Assembly (NCBI GenBank): GCA_045612185.1
Contig: JAZKYO010000030.1
Span: forward strand, 85,236-149,235
DNA length: 64,000 bases
Direction: 5' to 3'
DNA from: Eubacteriales bacterium
Lineage (GTDB): Bacteria > Bacillota > Clostridia > Oscillospirales > CAG-272
Positions 29,931-40,822 of the stretch are shown here, piece by piece. Under the pieces are notes generated by a model. The model saw nothing but the letters and a program-made list of their open reading frames with translations, ran no database searches and was not told where the DNA came from. The position numbers were made by a program, and so were the translations under genes. Every line of letters begins with the position of its first letter. Position 1 is the first letter of the stretch.

Positions 29931-30938
29931 ATGACCTGGTACAACGATATGGGCAAAGATAGCAGAACCGTTCTCAGCACACGCATACGCTTTGCACGCA
30001 ATCTTAACGGATATCCTTTCGGTTCGCGTTTGTCTCCCGAAAAAGCAAGAGAGATAATCGACAAAGTCGCTCCTATTCTTGAAAACGGCGGCTTTGAAAG
30101 AATAGACTTTACAAAAATATCACAAACCGAGGCACTCTCCTACGTTGAAAAGCACTACGCCAGCCGAGAATTTGCCGAAAAAAGCTCGCCGCGCGTATTG
30201 ATGCTAAACGAGCCATGCGGTTATGCGGTAATGGTAGGCGAGGAAGATCACATTCGCATGCAGTGCATTCTTCCGGGACTCGCCCTTGAGGATGCCTACA
30301 GCTCGCTTTGCAAGCTTGACGACCTTATTGACGAATCCTTTGACATAGCATACGACGAGGAGCTCGGCTATCTGACCCACTGCCCTACAAATCTCGGAAC
30401 CGGAATGAGGGCTTCGGTTATGATGTTTCTCCCTGCACTCACCATGGCGGGAAGAATAAACGGACTTGCCAATCAGCTTTCAAAAATCGGTCTAACCATG
30501 AGGGGACTTTATGGAGAAGGCACGGCTGCCCAGGGCAGTATTTATCAGATTTCCAACCAGATTACGCTTGGTATAACCGAGGAGGATTCGCTCAAAAAGC
30601 TGGGGGATATAATCAAGCAGATAACCGACAGCGAAATCTCGCTGAGGGGTCTTATAACCGAGGAAAAGAATCCCGCACTTATTGACCGAATCTGCCGCGC
30701 TGAAGGAACGCTTCGTCACGCGTTTATGCTTTCTTCGGGTGAGTTTATAAATCTTTTCTCCGACGTAAGACTTGGAATTGATCTTGGTATTATCAAAAGT
30801 GTAGACTGCAAAACCTTAGGTCAGCTTTTCATTGAGGTAATGCCCGCTACCCTTGTGCTTTCGGAGACAAATCCCCCAAAAACTCAGAAAGAACGCGATA
30901 TTTTAAGAGCAACACGAATAAAAACCAAACTCAACTAA
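29931..30938 (+). CDS. mcsB: Protein arginine kinase McsB
   Basis: STRIRFARN, EEDH, CPTNLGTGMRAS. Confidence 0.93.
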   Translation: MTWYNDMGKDSRTVLSTRIRFARNLNGYPFGSRLSPEKAREIIDKVAPILENGGFERIDFTKISQTEALSYVEKHYASREFAEKSSPRVLMLNEPCGYAVMVGEEDHIRMQCILPGLALEDAYSSLCKLDDLIDESFDIAYDEELGYLTHCPTNLGTGMRASVMMFLPALTMAGRINGLANQLSKIGLTMRGLYGEGTAAQGSIYQISNQITLGITEEDSLKKLGDIIKQITDSEISLRGLITEEKNPALIDRICRAEGTLRHAFMLSSGEFINLFSDVRLGIDLGIIKSVDCKTLGQLFIEVMPATLVLSETNPPKTQKERDILRATRIKTKLN

Positions 30939-30959
30939 CAATAATTCATTAAAGAAAGG

Positions 30960-33401
30960 ATGATGAAAATGCCATCCATAAAATTTACCGTCAAGGCGCA
31001 GAACGTCCTTAACAACGCCTTGAATTACGCAAGACAGATGGGGCACACCTACATCGGATCAGAGCATCTTCTTATGGGGCTTATCAGCGAAACGGACAGC
31101 GTGGCGTCAAAAATTCTTACTGAGCGCGGAATAGAATTTGAGAAAATCAAATCAGCCGTTGAGAGCTTTGCCGGAGTTGGTACCGTAAGCGACGTCAGTC
31201 CCGCAGATATGACTCCTCGCACGAAGCACATTATTGAAGCCTCCGCAAGCGAGGCGCTTCGCCTTAAGCAGAATTACATCGGTACGGAGCATATTTTGCT
31301 TGCGCTTATAGGGGAATCCGACTGCGTTGCCGTTAAAATGCTTAAGGATTTCGGTGTGGGCTCGGCTGATATAAAGAACGATATTCAGGCTTATTTAGGC
31401 GGTCGTCAGGACGGTGGAAGCACTCCTAAGCGCGAGGAAGAAAAGAAGAGCTCTACCACTCCCACACTTTCGCAACACGGCAGAGATCTTACCTCGCTTG
31501 CCAAAGAGGGCAAGATAGATCCCATTATCGGGCGAGACACCGAAACAGAGAGAGTAGTTCAGATTCTTTCCCGTCGCACCAAAAACAATCCTTGTCTTAT
31601 AGGCGAGCCCGGCGTGGGCAAAACCGCGGTTGTTGAGGGCCTTGCGCAAAGAATTATTGAGGGCAACGTTCCAGAAAGTCTTAAAGGCAAGCGAATTATT
31701 ACCCTTGACATTCCGGGAATGATTGCGGGAGCTAAGTACCGCGGCGAATTTGAGGAACGCATGAAAAACGTGATGGACGAGGTAATTAAAAATCCCGACA
31801 TAATTCTTTTCATTGACGAAATTCATACTCTTATCGGTGCGGGCGCGGCAGAGGGTGCGGTTGATGCGGCAAACATTCTTAAGCCCGCTTTGGCGCGCGG
31901 CGAGATGCAGATTATTGGTGCGACCACAATTTCGGAATACAGAAAACACATCGAAAAAGACGCGGCGCTTGAACGAAGATTTCAATCGGTTACGGTTGGC
32001 GAGCCCTCGGTGGAGGATGCTGTGCTTATTCTCAAAGGCTTGCGTGACAAATACGAGGCTCATCACAAGCTGAAAATAAGCGATGATGCCATAGAAGCGG
32101 CGGTTAATCTTTCGGTTCGCTATATCGCTGACAGATTTTTGCCGGACAAAGCCATAGACCTTATTGACGAGGCGGCTTCAAAGCTCCGCATTTCTGCGCA
32201 CACTTCCCCTCCCGACTTAAGGGAGCTTGAAGAAAAGCTTGAAAAGCTTTCCCAAGAAAAGGAGGAAGCTATTAACGGTCAGGATTTTGAGGCGGCGGCA
32301 AAGATACGCGATGAAGAAAAACAGCTTAAAGCAGAGCTTAAAAAGACACAGACCGAGTGGAAAGAAAGTCAGTCGGAACAAACAATCGAGGTACTTGAAT
32401 CGCATATTGCCGACATCGTTACCCAATGGACGGGTATACCTGTAAGCCGTTTGCTTGAAAGCGAGGGAGAAAGGCTTTTGAGACTTGAAGACGAGCTGAA
32501 ATCCAGAATTATCGGTCAAGACAGCGCGGTTGAAGCAGTGGCAAGAGCGATTCGCCGCGGCAGAATGGGACTTAAGGATCCCAAAAGACCAATCGGATCA
32601 TTTATTTTCCTTGGTCCTACGGGTGTAGGTAAAACCGAGCTGACAAAGGCTTTGGCAAACGTAATGTTTGGCGATGATAATGCCATGATAAGACTTGACA
32701 TGTCCGAGTATATGGAAAAGCACAGCGTTTCAAAGCTTATCGGCTCGCCTCCCGGTTACATTGGCTTTGAGGAAGGCGGTCAGCTTACTGAAAAAATCCG
32801 ACGCAAGCCTTATTCGGTAGTTCTCTTTGACGAGATAGAAAAGGCTCACCCCGACGTATTCAACATCATGCTTCAGGTACTTGACGACGGTATTCTCACC
32901 GACTCTCAGGGAAGAAAAGTGGATTTCAAAAACACTGTCATAATCATGACGTCGAACGTTGGTGCATCCACTCTCTCCGCACCACGCTCACTTGGATTTT
33001 CCGAAGCTAAAGAGGACAATGACAAAAAGGCAAGCGACGCTCGCGTTATGAACGCTTTGAAATCGACCTTCAGACCCGAATTTATCAACAGAATTGACGA
33101 CATTATCATCTTCAACAAGCTTGACAAGGAGGGTATTGAAAAAATTGCCGCCATTATGCTTTCGGAAGTAGCGAAAAGAATTGACGAGCTTGGCGTGAAA
33201 ATTGAGTTTGACAACTCGGTAATTGAGTTTGTCAGCCGCGAGGGATTTGATCCCGAATACGGTGCGAGACCGCTTCGCCGCACCATAGTCCGCAAAATTG
33301 AGGACAGCTTTTCCACCGAAATGCTTGAGGGCAAAATCAAAGCAGGCAACAAGGTAAAAGCTGTTTTGGAGGAAGAAAAAATAGTTTACAAGGTTATATA
33401 A
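30960..33401 (+). CDS. clpC: ATP-dependent Clp protease ATPase subunit ClpC
   Basis: Clp-N repeats, GEPGVGKT and GPTGVGKT Walker A, UVR middle domain, LGF loop. Confidence 0.97.
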   Translation: MMKMPSIKFTVKAQNVLNNALNYARQMGHTYIGSEHLLMGLISETDSVASKILTERGIEFEKIKSAVESFAGVGTVSDVSPADMTPRTKHIIEASASEALRLKQNYIGTEHILLALIGESDCVAVKMLKDFGVGSADIKNDIQAYLGGRQDGGSTPKREEEKKSSTTPTLSQHGRDLTSLAKEGKIDPIIGRDTETERVVQILSRRTKNNPCLIGEPGVGKTAVVEGLAQRIIEGNVPESLKGKRIITLDIPGMIAGAKYRGEFEERMKNVMDEVIKNPDIILFIDEIHTLIGAGAAEGAVDAANILKPALARGEMQIIGATTISEYRKHIEKDAALERRFQSVTVGEPSVEDAVLILKGLRDKYEAHHKLKISDDAIEAAVNLSVRYIADRFLPDKAIDLIDEAASKLRISAHTSPPDLRELEEKLEKLSQEKEEAINGQDFEAAAKIRDEEKQLKAELKKTQTEWKESQSEQTIEVLESHIADIVTQWTGIPVSRLLESEGERLLRLEDELKSRIIGQDSAVEAVARAIRRGRMGLKDPKRPIGSFIFLGPTGVGKTELTKALANVMFGDDNAMIRLDMSEYMEKHSVSKLIGSPPGYIGFEEGGQLTEKIRRKPYSVVLFDEIEKAHPDVFNIMLQVLDDGILTDSQGRKVDFKNTVIIMTSNVGASTLSAPRSLGFSEAKEDNDKKASDARVMNALKSTFRPEFINRIDDIIIFNKLDKEGIEKIAAIMLSEVAKRIDELGVKIEFDNSVIEFVSREGFDPEYGARPLRRTIVRKIEDSFSTEMLEGKIKAGNKVKAVLEEEKIVYKVI

Positions 33402-33405
33402 AACC

Positions 33406-33434
33406 AGGGCTGAGTCAAAAGACTCAGCCCTTTT
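33406..33434. terminator. Terminator after clpC
   Basis: AGGGCTGAGTC-AAAA-GACTCAGCCCTTTT. Confidence 0.85.
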
Positions 33435-33435
33435 A

Positions 33436-33678
33436 CTACCAATTAAGCATTTTGCAAATTTTTCGGCACACGCACACAGTTATAGAGATACCTACGGTAA
33501 CAGCCACCGCGGTAATCAGTTTTAATTCATAATTTCCATTGTAGTTAAACTCCATTTCGGGAGTTTGGCTGTTTTCGTCTTTATACAATCCCATATTACA
33601 ACTGATTTTATTTTTCAAAATCGGCTTTGAGGCGACTTCCGCCACCTCTCTTATTTTTTCTTTTACACAATAATTCAA
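33436..33678 (-). CDS. Small hypothetical protein with C-terminal hydrophobic segment
   Basis: TTG start with AAGGAG RBS; fills the gap and stops at the clpC terminator. Confidence 0.55.
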   Translation of the reverse strand: MNYCVKEKIREVAEVASKPILKNKISCNMGLYKDENSQTPEMEFNYNGNYELKLITAVAVTVGISITVCVCRKICKMLNW

Positions 33679-33751
33679 GGCGGTTCTCCTTTGACTTTTT
33701 CATTAGTCTTTGAAAAACCGCCTTGTTTTATTCAGTTACAAAATTTTTAAA

Positions 33752-35677
33752 TCACCACTTGAGAACAACCAACTTATGGGTGTTAAAGGGCTTAAGGGTA
33801 AAGGTTATTTCGTCACCGTTTTGAGTAAACTCAATGCTCTCGTTTTCAGGTTCAAGCACAACGTCTTTAATTTTTTCGTCAACCTTAACGGTAAACTTTA
33901 CGTCGTGAAGCACCGGGAAATCGGCAAGCAGACACACGTTTCCGCGGTTTATGGGCGGTGCATAAAGGACGTGGAGCGCAAAGAAATTGGCATTTTCACT
34001 CTTTCTGAGTCTTACTCGCCCACAGGAAGGAAGATTTTCAACCTTAATTCCTCTGTCATACGCAAGGTCAATTCCCTTCATTATATATCTTTCGAGAACG
34101 TAGTTGCCCGACTGATTATACGCTTGGAAAACCGGGTGCGCAAAATAAACCACGTTACCTTTCTTTACAAGCGCGGGATATTCTGCCTTTTCGGTTTTAA
34201 ACGGCGTGTTCTTATGGCCGCAGAAATGACGCCAAGTGCGGCTGAAATAAGGCTCGTAAACGTCTGCGTAAACCTCTCCGTCTGTCTTTACTTTGTAAGC
34301 CTTCGAGTAAGAAAGGAATGGGGTTGTATTATCCTCAAGCTCACAACGGATATAGTCCTTATCGTAAGGCGAGGGGGCAATTTTCTCAATACCAAGCTCA
34401 TCAAAAATACTCTCGTAGCTTGCCACTATCTTACCGCCATTCTCGGTATATTCAAGAATAGCCTTTTTATCCTTTTCGGTGAGCTTTACGGCATCGGGAA
34501 GTATAACACATTTATACTTATTAAGGTTTTCACCCGAATCTATTACATCATATTCAAGGTGCATTATGTGGAGAAGCTTGGACGCGCCGAAGTCCGAATC
34601 CTTTTGATGACGAAGCCAAAGCGCAAGGTCTGCATATGGCTTTGTTCCCTCTCCGTATTTTTCGATTTTTGAAATATAATCGAAAGCATAGCCTATCTCG
34701 GCATAGGTGCTTTCGTCAACCTTTCCGGATGGGTGGAGATGGTCGCCTATACCCATAGATGCGCCAACGCTCATCATATCAGCAACCTCGTATTTAAGCG
34801 CCTCTTTATTCTTAAATCCGCCAAACTCGCCCCAGTTATGATGGAATTTACCCGTCATGCCAAACATCTTTTTGCCGTATTTTTCAAAGAACTTTGCGCG
34901 AATTGGCATTACGTCGTAACCCGCCCAAGCGGTAGGAAGATCTTCAAGCTCATAGTGGGTGGAATAGGGGTGATATTCGGGGCGGTTCATATCAGCTCCG
35001 CCGCTGTTATAGAAAACGGTTGCCTCGGGATTGTAGCTGTGAACTATACCCGAAAGAATTTGCATATCCTCAATGCGCTTTATTCTGTAATACTTCTGCG
35101 CATCCGCAAGCACCTCGGGATCAAGTCCCATTTCTGTCATTCCCTTTTTACACGCCTCACAAACGCAAGCGTCCTTCATAAGGAATATGTCGTAGAAAAT
35201 ACCGTCAATGGGAGCAAATTCCTGACAAACCTCGTGCGTAAGAGCTTTAAGGTGTTCAAGATACGGTCCCGAGGGGCAAAGTGTTGTCCAAGAGCAATCC
35301 TTGATGGCTTCATCAAGGTCATCAGACGGAACCGAGCCGTAGTAAAGCGGCTTTTTCGTTGCAAAATCTATATAGTGCCATTCCGGATGCTCATCGGCAT
35401 CCTTTTTGCTCCAACCTACGGTCAAATAGATAGGAGCTTTTGCGCCTGCGGCGTGAATGGCCTCAATCTGTTCTTTAAGAAGATTGAATTTAAGCCCTGG
35501 GTGCATTGTAGCAACCTTTGAAGGGTAGTAGGTATATCCGTGGTGGCACTTGCCAAACACGTTAACAAGATCTACGTTTGCTTCTTTAAGCGTGCGGGTG
35601 AACTCCTCTTTGTCAAAAGCTACACCAATATCGGAAATATCGGGGCTTGTATGAAAGTCAAGGTGAATGCATTTCAT
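33752..35677 (-). CDS. GH151-like glycoside hydrolase (alpha-L-fucosidase-like)
   Basis: HLDFHT, FGKCHHG, DGIFYD, ELEDLPT, MTGKFHHNWGEFGG, GDHLHP; no signal peptide. Confidence 0.78.
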   Translation of the reverse strand: MKCIHLDFHTSPDISDIGVAFDKEEFTRTLKEANVDLVNVFGKCHHGYTYYPSKVATMHPGLKFNLLKEQIEAIHAAGAKAPIYLTVGWSKKDADEHPEWHYIDFATKKPLYYGSVPSDDLDEAIKDCSWTTLCPSGPYLEHLKALTHEVCQEFAPIDGIFYDIFLMKDACVCEACKKGMTEMGLDPEVLADAQKYYRIKRIEDMQILSGIVHSYNPEATVFYNSGGADMNRPEYHPYSTHYELEDLPTAWAGYDVMPIRAKFFEKYGKKMFGMTGKFHHNWGEFGGFKNKEALKYEVADMMSVGASMGIGDHLHPSGKVDESTYAEIGYAFDYISKIEKYGEGTKPYADLALWLRHQKDSDFGASKLLHIMHLEYDVIDSGENLNKYKCVILPDAVKLTEKDKKAILEYTENGGKIVASYESIFDELGIEKIAPSPYDKDYIRCELEDNTTPFLSYSKAYKVKTDGEVYADVYEPYFSRTWRHFCGHKNTPFKTEKAEYPALVKKGNVVYFAHPVFQAYNQSGNYVLERYIMKGIDLAYDRGIKVENLPSCGRVRLRKSENANFFALHVLYAPPINRGNVCLLADFPVLHDVKFTVKVDEKIKDVVLEPENESIEFTQNGDEITFTLKPFNTHKLVVLKW

Positions 35678-35712
35678 TATTTATTCCTCCAAAGCTTTTG
35701 TTTATTGGTTTC

Positions 35713-35741
35713 ATTCTATCACACGCGTTAATAATTGTCAA
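35713..35741 (-). promoter_or_regulatory. SigA-type promoter of the GH151-like gene
   Basis: TTGACA-17 bp-TAGAAT. Confidence 0.65.
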
Positions 35742-35925
35742 TAACTTTTTTTACTAACTTTGTGACTTTTTTTACGATATTGTTTCAAAATTTCCATATC
35801 TAAAAAATCTAAAAAACGGCAAAAATTGCTATCTGTTGGATTTAGTTGTCATCTTTTGAAATTAGTGTTGACTTTATAAAACAGCGGTGATAAACTATAT
35901 TTGAGAATCTTACAAGGAGGCTACT

Positions 35926-37236
35926 ATGGAGATTTTAAAATTTGACACAAGCAAAAAGCACGGAACGTTTAAAAGAATGAACGCCGTTTGCAACGGTCCG
36001 GTTCACAAGCGTATTCCCACCACGCAGATAAGAAGCAATTTTCAGACCTACAAGGAGGCGCGTATTCCTTTTGCAAGAAATCACGATGCAGCTTTCTGCT
36101 CGGCTTACGGCGGAGAGCACGTAGTTGATATTACCGCTATATTTCCCAACTTTGACGCCGACCCATACGCCCCCGAATCCTATGATTTTACGCTGACCGA
36201 CGAGTACGTTCTAGTAACGCTTGAGGCAGGTACCGAGACCTTTTACCGCCTTGGTCAGAAAATAGAGAATCACATAAAAAAATACAACATTTATCCACCG
36301 AAGGACTTTAAAAAGTGGGCGGTGATTTGCGAGCATATCATACGCCACTACAACGAAGGTTGGGCTGACGGATACCACTTTAACATACAGTATTGGGAAA
36401 TTTGGGGTGAGCCCGACCTTGATCCCGATGACAGTCCCAACAAGCGTATATGGGGCGGCACTACGGCTCAGTTTTACGACCTTTTTGAAATTGCGGCAAA
36501 GCACATTAAGGCCTGTTTTCCTTACGTAAAGGTAGGCGGTCCCGGTTTTGCCCACAAGATGGATTGGGCAAGCAATTTCCTTGCCGAAATGCACCGTCGC
36601 GAGGTTCCCATGGACTTTTGCTCGTGGCATCAATACGCTACCAATCCCCAAAGCTTTGTGGCAAGGGGCGACACGATAAGACGCTTGCTTGACGAAAACG
36701 GATATACCGAAACCGAGAGCATTCTTGACGAGTGGAATTACGTTGCCAATTGGAAAGAGCGCTTTGTGGAGTCAATAGAGACGATTATAGGAATGAAGGG
36801 TGCGGCTTTCACTATGGCTACAATGACCGCGGCGCAACACTCAAGCATTGACATGCTTATGTACTACGACGCTCGCCCCTCCGCGTTTAACGGAATATTT
36901 GATTTTTACACACTACGCCCGCTAAAGGGCTACTATCCCTTTAAGTGGTACGGTTCCTTGTACGACATGGAAGCTGAAGTACTTTGCGAAAACGAGATTG
37001 AAAACGTATACACTCTTTGCGGCGTAGACGGTCAGGGTAAAACAACGACTATTATAACCTATTACAGCGATGACAATGAGCTTGGTGACAAGGAAATCCA
37101 AGTAACCTTCGGCAAAGATGCCGAATACGACTTTTTTCTTCTTGACAAGGACCACAACGCTGAGCTTACGGGCAGTGTTAAAGACTTAACGTTCACTTTA
37201 AAAATAAACACCTGCGTGATGATAAAAGAAAAATAA
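35926..37236 (+). CDS. GH39-like (clan GH-A) glycoside hydrolase
   Basis: RNHD, YWEIWGEPD, KVGGP, DFCSWHQY, ILDEWN; no signal peptide. Confidence 0.75.
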   Translation: MEILKFDTSKKHGTFKRMNAVCNGPVHKRIPTTQIRSNFQTYKEARIPFARNHDAAFCSAYGGEHVVDITAIFPNFDADPYAPESYDFTLTDEYVLVTLEAGTETFYRLGQKIENHIKKYNIYPPKDFKKWAVICEHIIRHYNEGWADGYHFNIQYWEIWGEPDLDPDDSPNKRIWGGTTAQFYDLFEIAAKHIKACFPYVKVGGPGFAHKMDWASNFLAEMHRREVPMDFCSWHQYATNPQSFVARGDTIRRLLDENGYTETESILDEWNYVANWKERFVESIETIIGMKGAAFTMATMTAAQHSSIDMLMYYDARPSAFNGIFDFYTLRPLKGYYPFKWYGSLYDMEAEVLCENEIENVYTLCGVDGQGKTTTIITYYSDDNELGDKEIQVTFGKDAEYDFFLLDKDHNAELTGSVKDLTFTLKINTCVMIKEK

Positions 37237-37241
37237 AAAAT

Positions 37242-37271
37242 AATGGCTGATTCCAAGGAATCAGCCATTTT
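37242..37271. terminator. Terminator between convergent genes
   Basis: AATGGCTGATTCC-AA-GGAATCAGCCATT. Confidence 0.8.
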
Positions 37272-37273
37272 CT

Positions 37274-38059
37274 TTAATTTTCGGGATTATAATATCCGTA
37301 TCGCTCGCCTTTATCCGAAACAAGAAGCGCTCCGCCGTCTATCACCATTGTAGTTCCCGTAATGGATTTTGCCATATCTCCCGCAAGGAAGAGTATTGCC
37401 GCGGCAATTTCATCACACTGCGCCCAACGCTTAAGGGGAACTTTATAGTAAGTACTCTCCTTATCGTCAAGACGTGAAGCGCCCGTTTCGGTCCAGCCCG
37501 GGGCTACTGTGTTCACGCGTATCTTATACTGCGCAAGTTCGATTGCCATATGCTCTGCTGCCTTTTGTATAGCCGCTTTTACAGAGCCGTACACCGACAC
37601 GTCGGCAAAATGAGCCTTTGCGTTATTAGAGGAAATAAGGATTATCGAGCCTTCGATTCCCTTCTCTTTCATTATTCTTGCCGCTCTTTGCATACAGAAA
37701 TAGGCGCCTTTATAGTCGACATTCACGATAAGGTCGAACATTTCTTCCTCAGTTTCAAGGAATTTGGACTTTTTGGTTACTCCTGCGTTATTTACAAAGA
37801 GGTCAAGGCGGTCAAAGTGTTTTGAAAATTCATCAAACAGCTCGTCAACCCCCGAAAGCTTTGCAAGATTGGATTTGATAACAACGGCTTTTCTGCCAAA
37901 CTCGGCACGGATTTTTTCGGCGATCTCGTTTGCGCCGTCCATACTTCCGTTACAATGCACCGCAACGTCATAGCCCGCTTTCGCAAGCTCGTAAGCAATG
38001 ACCTTACCTATTCCCGTACCCGCGCCTGTTACTATGGCGGTTTTAGTTATATTTTCCAT
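37274..38059 (-). CDS. SDR family oxidoreductase
   Basis: TGAGTGIG, NNAG, YGSVK, VAPG; alternative start at 38068. Confidence 0.92.
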   Translation of the reverse strand: MENITKTAIVTGAGTGIGKVIAYELAKAGYDVAVHCNGSMDGANEIAEKIRAEFGRKAVVIKSNLAKLSGVDELFDEFSKHFDRLDLFVNNAGVTKKSKFLETEEEMFDLIVNVDYKGAYFCMQRAARIMKEKGIEGSIILISSNNAKAHFADVSVYGSVKAAIQKAAEHMAIELAQYKIRVNTVAPGWTETGASRLDDKESTYYKVPLKRWAQCDEIAAAILFLAGDMAKSITGTTMVIDGGALLVSDKGERYGYYNPEN

Positions 38060-38061
38060 AC

Positions 38062-38970
38062 TCACCAATTATAGCGCGCAGCCATCTCCTCATAAAATTC
38101 CTCAAAGAGCTTATCAAAATACTCATCGGTATCGTAAGAGGGCTTACGGCAATAATCCGACTCGATAATACCGCGCTTTTTAAGTATGCGCTTTTCAAAG
38201 CTTATAATCTGCTCAACGTTCTGTCTGATGTGGTTGAGCATGGGAAGTATCTTATTGTGAAGCTCTATCGCGCCCTCTCGGTCTCCGTTTACGTAATGGT
38301 TATAAATGTCAAGATAAACGTCGTACATGGAGCACCCCGGCATTGCGCCTATCGCGCCCCTGTCCATCGCCTCTATAAGTTGGAAGCCTGCGTTACCGAC
38401 AAAAATCTTCGTGCTTTCGGGGTTAGTCATCTTAATAAGATTTGTAATGTAAGGTCCTGCAGGCTTGCACTCTATCTTATAGTAAATGATATTGGGGCAC
38501 TCCGCGCCAAGCTTTTTAAACATATCGGGAGCAATGGCAACGCCCGTCTGTTCGGGCGCGTACTGCGCCATTACGGGAATACTTACAGCCTTACCGATTG
38601 CCTTCATATGCTCGTAGAGCCAACCGGCGCCGGGTTTAAGGAAGAAGGGTGGGAGCATCATGAGGCAATCAGCCCCCATATCCTCAAACTGCTTTGCGCG
38701 TTTTGCGGCAATTTCGGTAGAGTGATCGGTTACAGAGAGAATAGACGTTCCGCCCTTTTTCTTACATACGTCGATGGTTATTTCAGCCATCTTTATTCTT
38801 TCTTCGTCGGTGAGCTTATAATATTCTCCGGCAATTCCGAAAAGCGTTACCGCATGACAACCGCCGTCAATAAGCGCGCCTACAAGCTTTTCAAGTCCTT
38901 TATAATCCACGTCGCCATTTTCTTTAAAAGGTGTGGCAATTATAGGGCAAATACCTTTAATTTCTTTCAT
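38062..38970 (-). CDS. DHDPS/NAL family lyase (2-keto-3-deoxy sugar acid dehydratase/aldolase-like)
   Basis: TPF, GIAGE, VMAQYAP, YKIE Schiff-base Lys. Confidence 0.88.
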   Translation of the reverse strand: MKEIKGICPIIATPFKENGDVDYKGLEKLVGALIDGGCHAVTLFGIAGEYYKLTDEERIKMAEITIDVCKKKGGTSILSVTDHSTEIAAKRAKQFEDMGADCLMMLPPFFLKPGAGWLYEHMKAIGKAVSIPVMAQYAPEQTGVAIAPDMFKKLGAECPNIIYYKIECKPAGPYITNLIKMTNPESTKIFVGNAGFQLIEAMDRGAIGAMPGCSMYDVYLDIYNHYVNGDREGAIELHNKILPMLNHIRQNVEQIISFEKRILKKRGIIESDYCRKPSYDTDEYFDKLFEEFYEEMAARYNW

Positions 38971-38987
38971 TTTTCTCTCTCCTTTTA

Positions 38988-40691
38988 TTATTCTTCGTCG
39001 GGAACGTACTGCATATACTTCATATCACAGCCTTCGTCCGCCTGAGTTACGTTGTCGATAAAGTTACGCACGAATCCGCGCTTGATATCGGGGTGGAGTT
39101 TGGGACGGAAATCCTTGAGTCTTTCGGCAATTTCCTCATCGGTAAGCTCTACCTCTATAAGGTTATTATCAACGTCAAGGTGAATAATATCTCCGTCGCG
39201 CACAGCCGCGAGGGGACCTCCCACGGCGCTTTCAGGCGCTACGTGAAGTATCTGCGTGCCAAAGCAACCGCCCGACATTCTCGCGTCGGTAATTCTCACG
39301 AAGTCGTTGATTCCCTGCTTTTTAAGCTTGGGCGGAAGGGGCATGGAGTTTCCATTTTCCGGCATACCGGGCGCTCCGCAAGGACCAAAGCCGCGAAGCA
39401 CGACTACGGTATCGGCAGTTACGTCCGAATTTTCGTCAAGCAGATATTTCTGACACTCCTCAAGGCTTTCAAAGACCTTTGCCGGTCCGCGGTGGTTAAG
39501 CAAATGCTTACTTGCCGCGCTACGCTTGATAACCGCGCCCTTGGGAGCAAGGTTACCGTAAAGCACCGCTATACCGCCCTTATCCTCGATGGGATTATCA
39601 AGGGGACGGATAATATCGGTATCGTAAGGCATATCCACGTCCTTAAGATTTTCACCGACGGTAAGTCCGCTGACTGTAAGACACTCGGTGTGGAGCATAG
39701 GCTCAAGCTCCTTCATAAGCGAGGCTACTCCACCCGCATCGTGGAAGCTTACGCCCACATTACCCGTACCGTGAGGCTTTACGTTTACAAGCACGGGGGT
39801 TTCGCGGCTTATCTTTTCAAAGTCCATAAGATCAAGCTTGATTCCCGCTCTTGCCGCAATAGCTACAAGGTGGATAATAAGATTAGTCGATCCGCCCGTT
39901 GCCATAAGAACTCGGATAGCGTTCTCGATAGACTTACGGTTTATTATGTCGTTACACTTGATATCCTTATGTACAAGCTCAACTATTTGTCTGCCCGTCA
40001 TTTCGCTTATACGCATTTTTTCAGCCGACACGCCGAGGCAGGACGCCGAGTGTGGAAGCGCGATACCAAGCGCCTCGGTGACAGTCTGGCAGGTGTTTGC
40101 CGTACCCATAATGGGGCAAGCGCCCGCGCTTCCGTAAAGGCAGCCCTCGTGTTTGGTCATTTCCTCAAGGCTTATTTCTCCCGATGTATAGCGGTTATAG
40201 AGATAGAAGCTGTCTGTTCCGCAAACAAGCGTTTGCCCCTTATAATTTCCGGGCAACATTGCTCCGCCGGGCAGGTAGATTGTGGGCTTATTTGCCGACA
40301 CTGCCGCCATAAGCTGTGCGGGAACGTTTTTATCGCATCCACCTATAAGCACCACGCCGTCGAAGGGGTGGCGCTCGATAAGTTCCTCGGTGGTGATGGA
40401 AAGCAGATTTCTGTAAACAAGGCTGGAAATGTCAAAAAACACCTCGCAAATTGAAAGTGTATTGACTTCAAGCGGAAAGCCTCCCGCAGCCCACACGCCG
40501 CGTTTAACAGCCTCCGAAAGCTGTCTGAAGTGAAGGTGTCCGGGATTGGTTTCAGCCCAAGTGTTAATGATTCCTATAATAGGCTTTTCTATATCTTGGT
40601 CGGTATACCCCATTGATTTTAAGAGAGCGTTACGAATAAGACCCGTGCGGTCTCCTCTCTTTTTCCATTTCGGTGAGTAATTATGTTCCAT
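38988..40691 (-). CDS. IlvD/EDD family dehydratase (probable sugar-acid dehydratase)
   Basis: NPGH, GGCDK, CPIMGTANT, GGSTN, GAPGMPE, TDARMSG, HVAPE. Confidence 0.92.
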   Translation of the reverse strand: MEHNYSPKWKKRGDRTGLIRNALLKSMGYTDQDIEKPIIGIINTWAETNPGHLHFRQLSEAVKRGVWAAGGFPLEVNTLSICEVFFDISSLVYRNLLSITTEELIERHPFDGVVLIGGCDKNVPAQLMAAVSANKPTIYLPGGAMLPGNYKGQTLVCGTDSFYLYNRYTSGEISLEEMTKHEGCLYGSAGACPIMGTANTCQTVTEALGIALPHSASCLGVSAEKMRISEMTGRQIVELVHKDIKCNDIINRKSIENAIRVLMATGGSTNLIIHLVAIAARAGIKLDLMDFEKISRETPVLVNVKPHGTGNVGVSFHDAGGVASLMKELEPMLHTECLTVSGLTVGENLKDVDMPYDTDIIRPLDNPIEDKGGIAVLYGNLAPKGAVIKRSAASKHLLNHRGPAKVFESLEECQKYLLDENSDVTADTVVVLRGFGPCGAPGMPENGNSMPLPPKLKKQGINDFVRITDARMSGGCFGTQILHVAPESAVGGPLAAVRDGDIIHLDVDNNLIEVELTDEEIAERLKDFRPKLHPDIKRGFVRNFIDNVTQADEGCDMKYMQYVPDEE

Positions 40692-40775
40692 AAAGCTTCC
40701 TCCTCTAAATTTTTCTTACAAATCAATTATAGCACATCGTTGTGCTCTTGTATATGGATTTTTTATGCGCATCTA

Positions 40776-40804
40776 TTGACTTTTGTGACTTTTTGCGGTA
40801 CAAT
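40776..40804 (+). promoter_or_regulatory. SigA-type promoter of AraC regulator
   Basis: TTGACT-17 bp-TACAAT. Confidence 0.55.
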
Positions 40805-40822
40805 TATTTCCGAGGTGATATT

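Noticed and set aside
30230..36420. Asn-to-Gly in both McsB (GEEDH) and the GH39-like protein (WGEPD) as a sign of codon reassignment
   Set aside because: The codons differ (GGC and GGT) and conserved Gly and Asn residues elsewhere translate normally
39093..40454. 453-aa plus-strand ORF, and similar long ORFs at 33710, 34733, 50277 and 52452
   Set aside because: Antisense shadows of well-supported genes; no recognisable motifs
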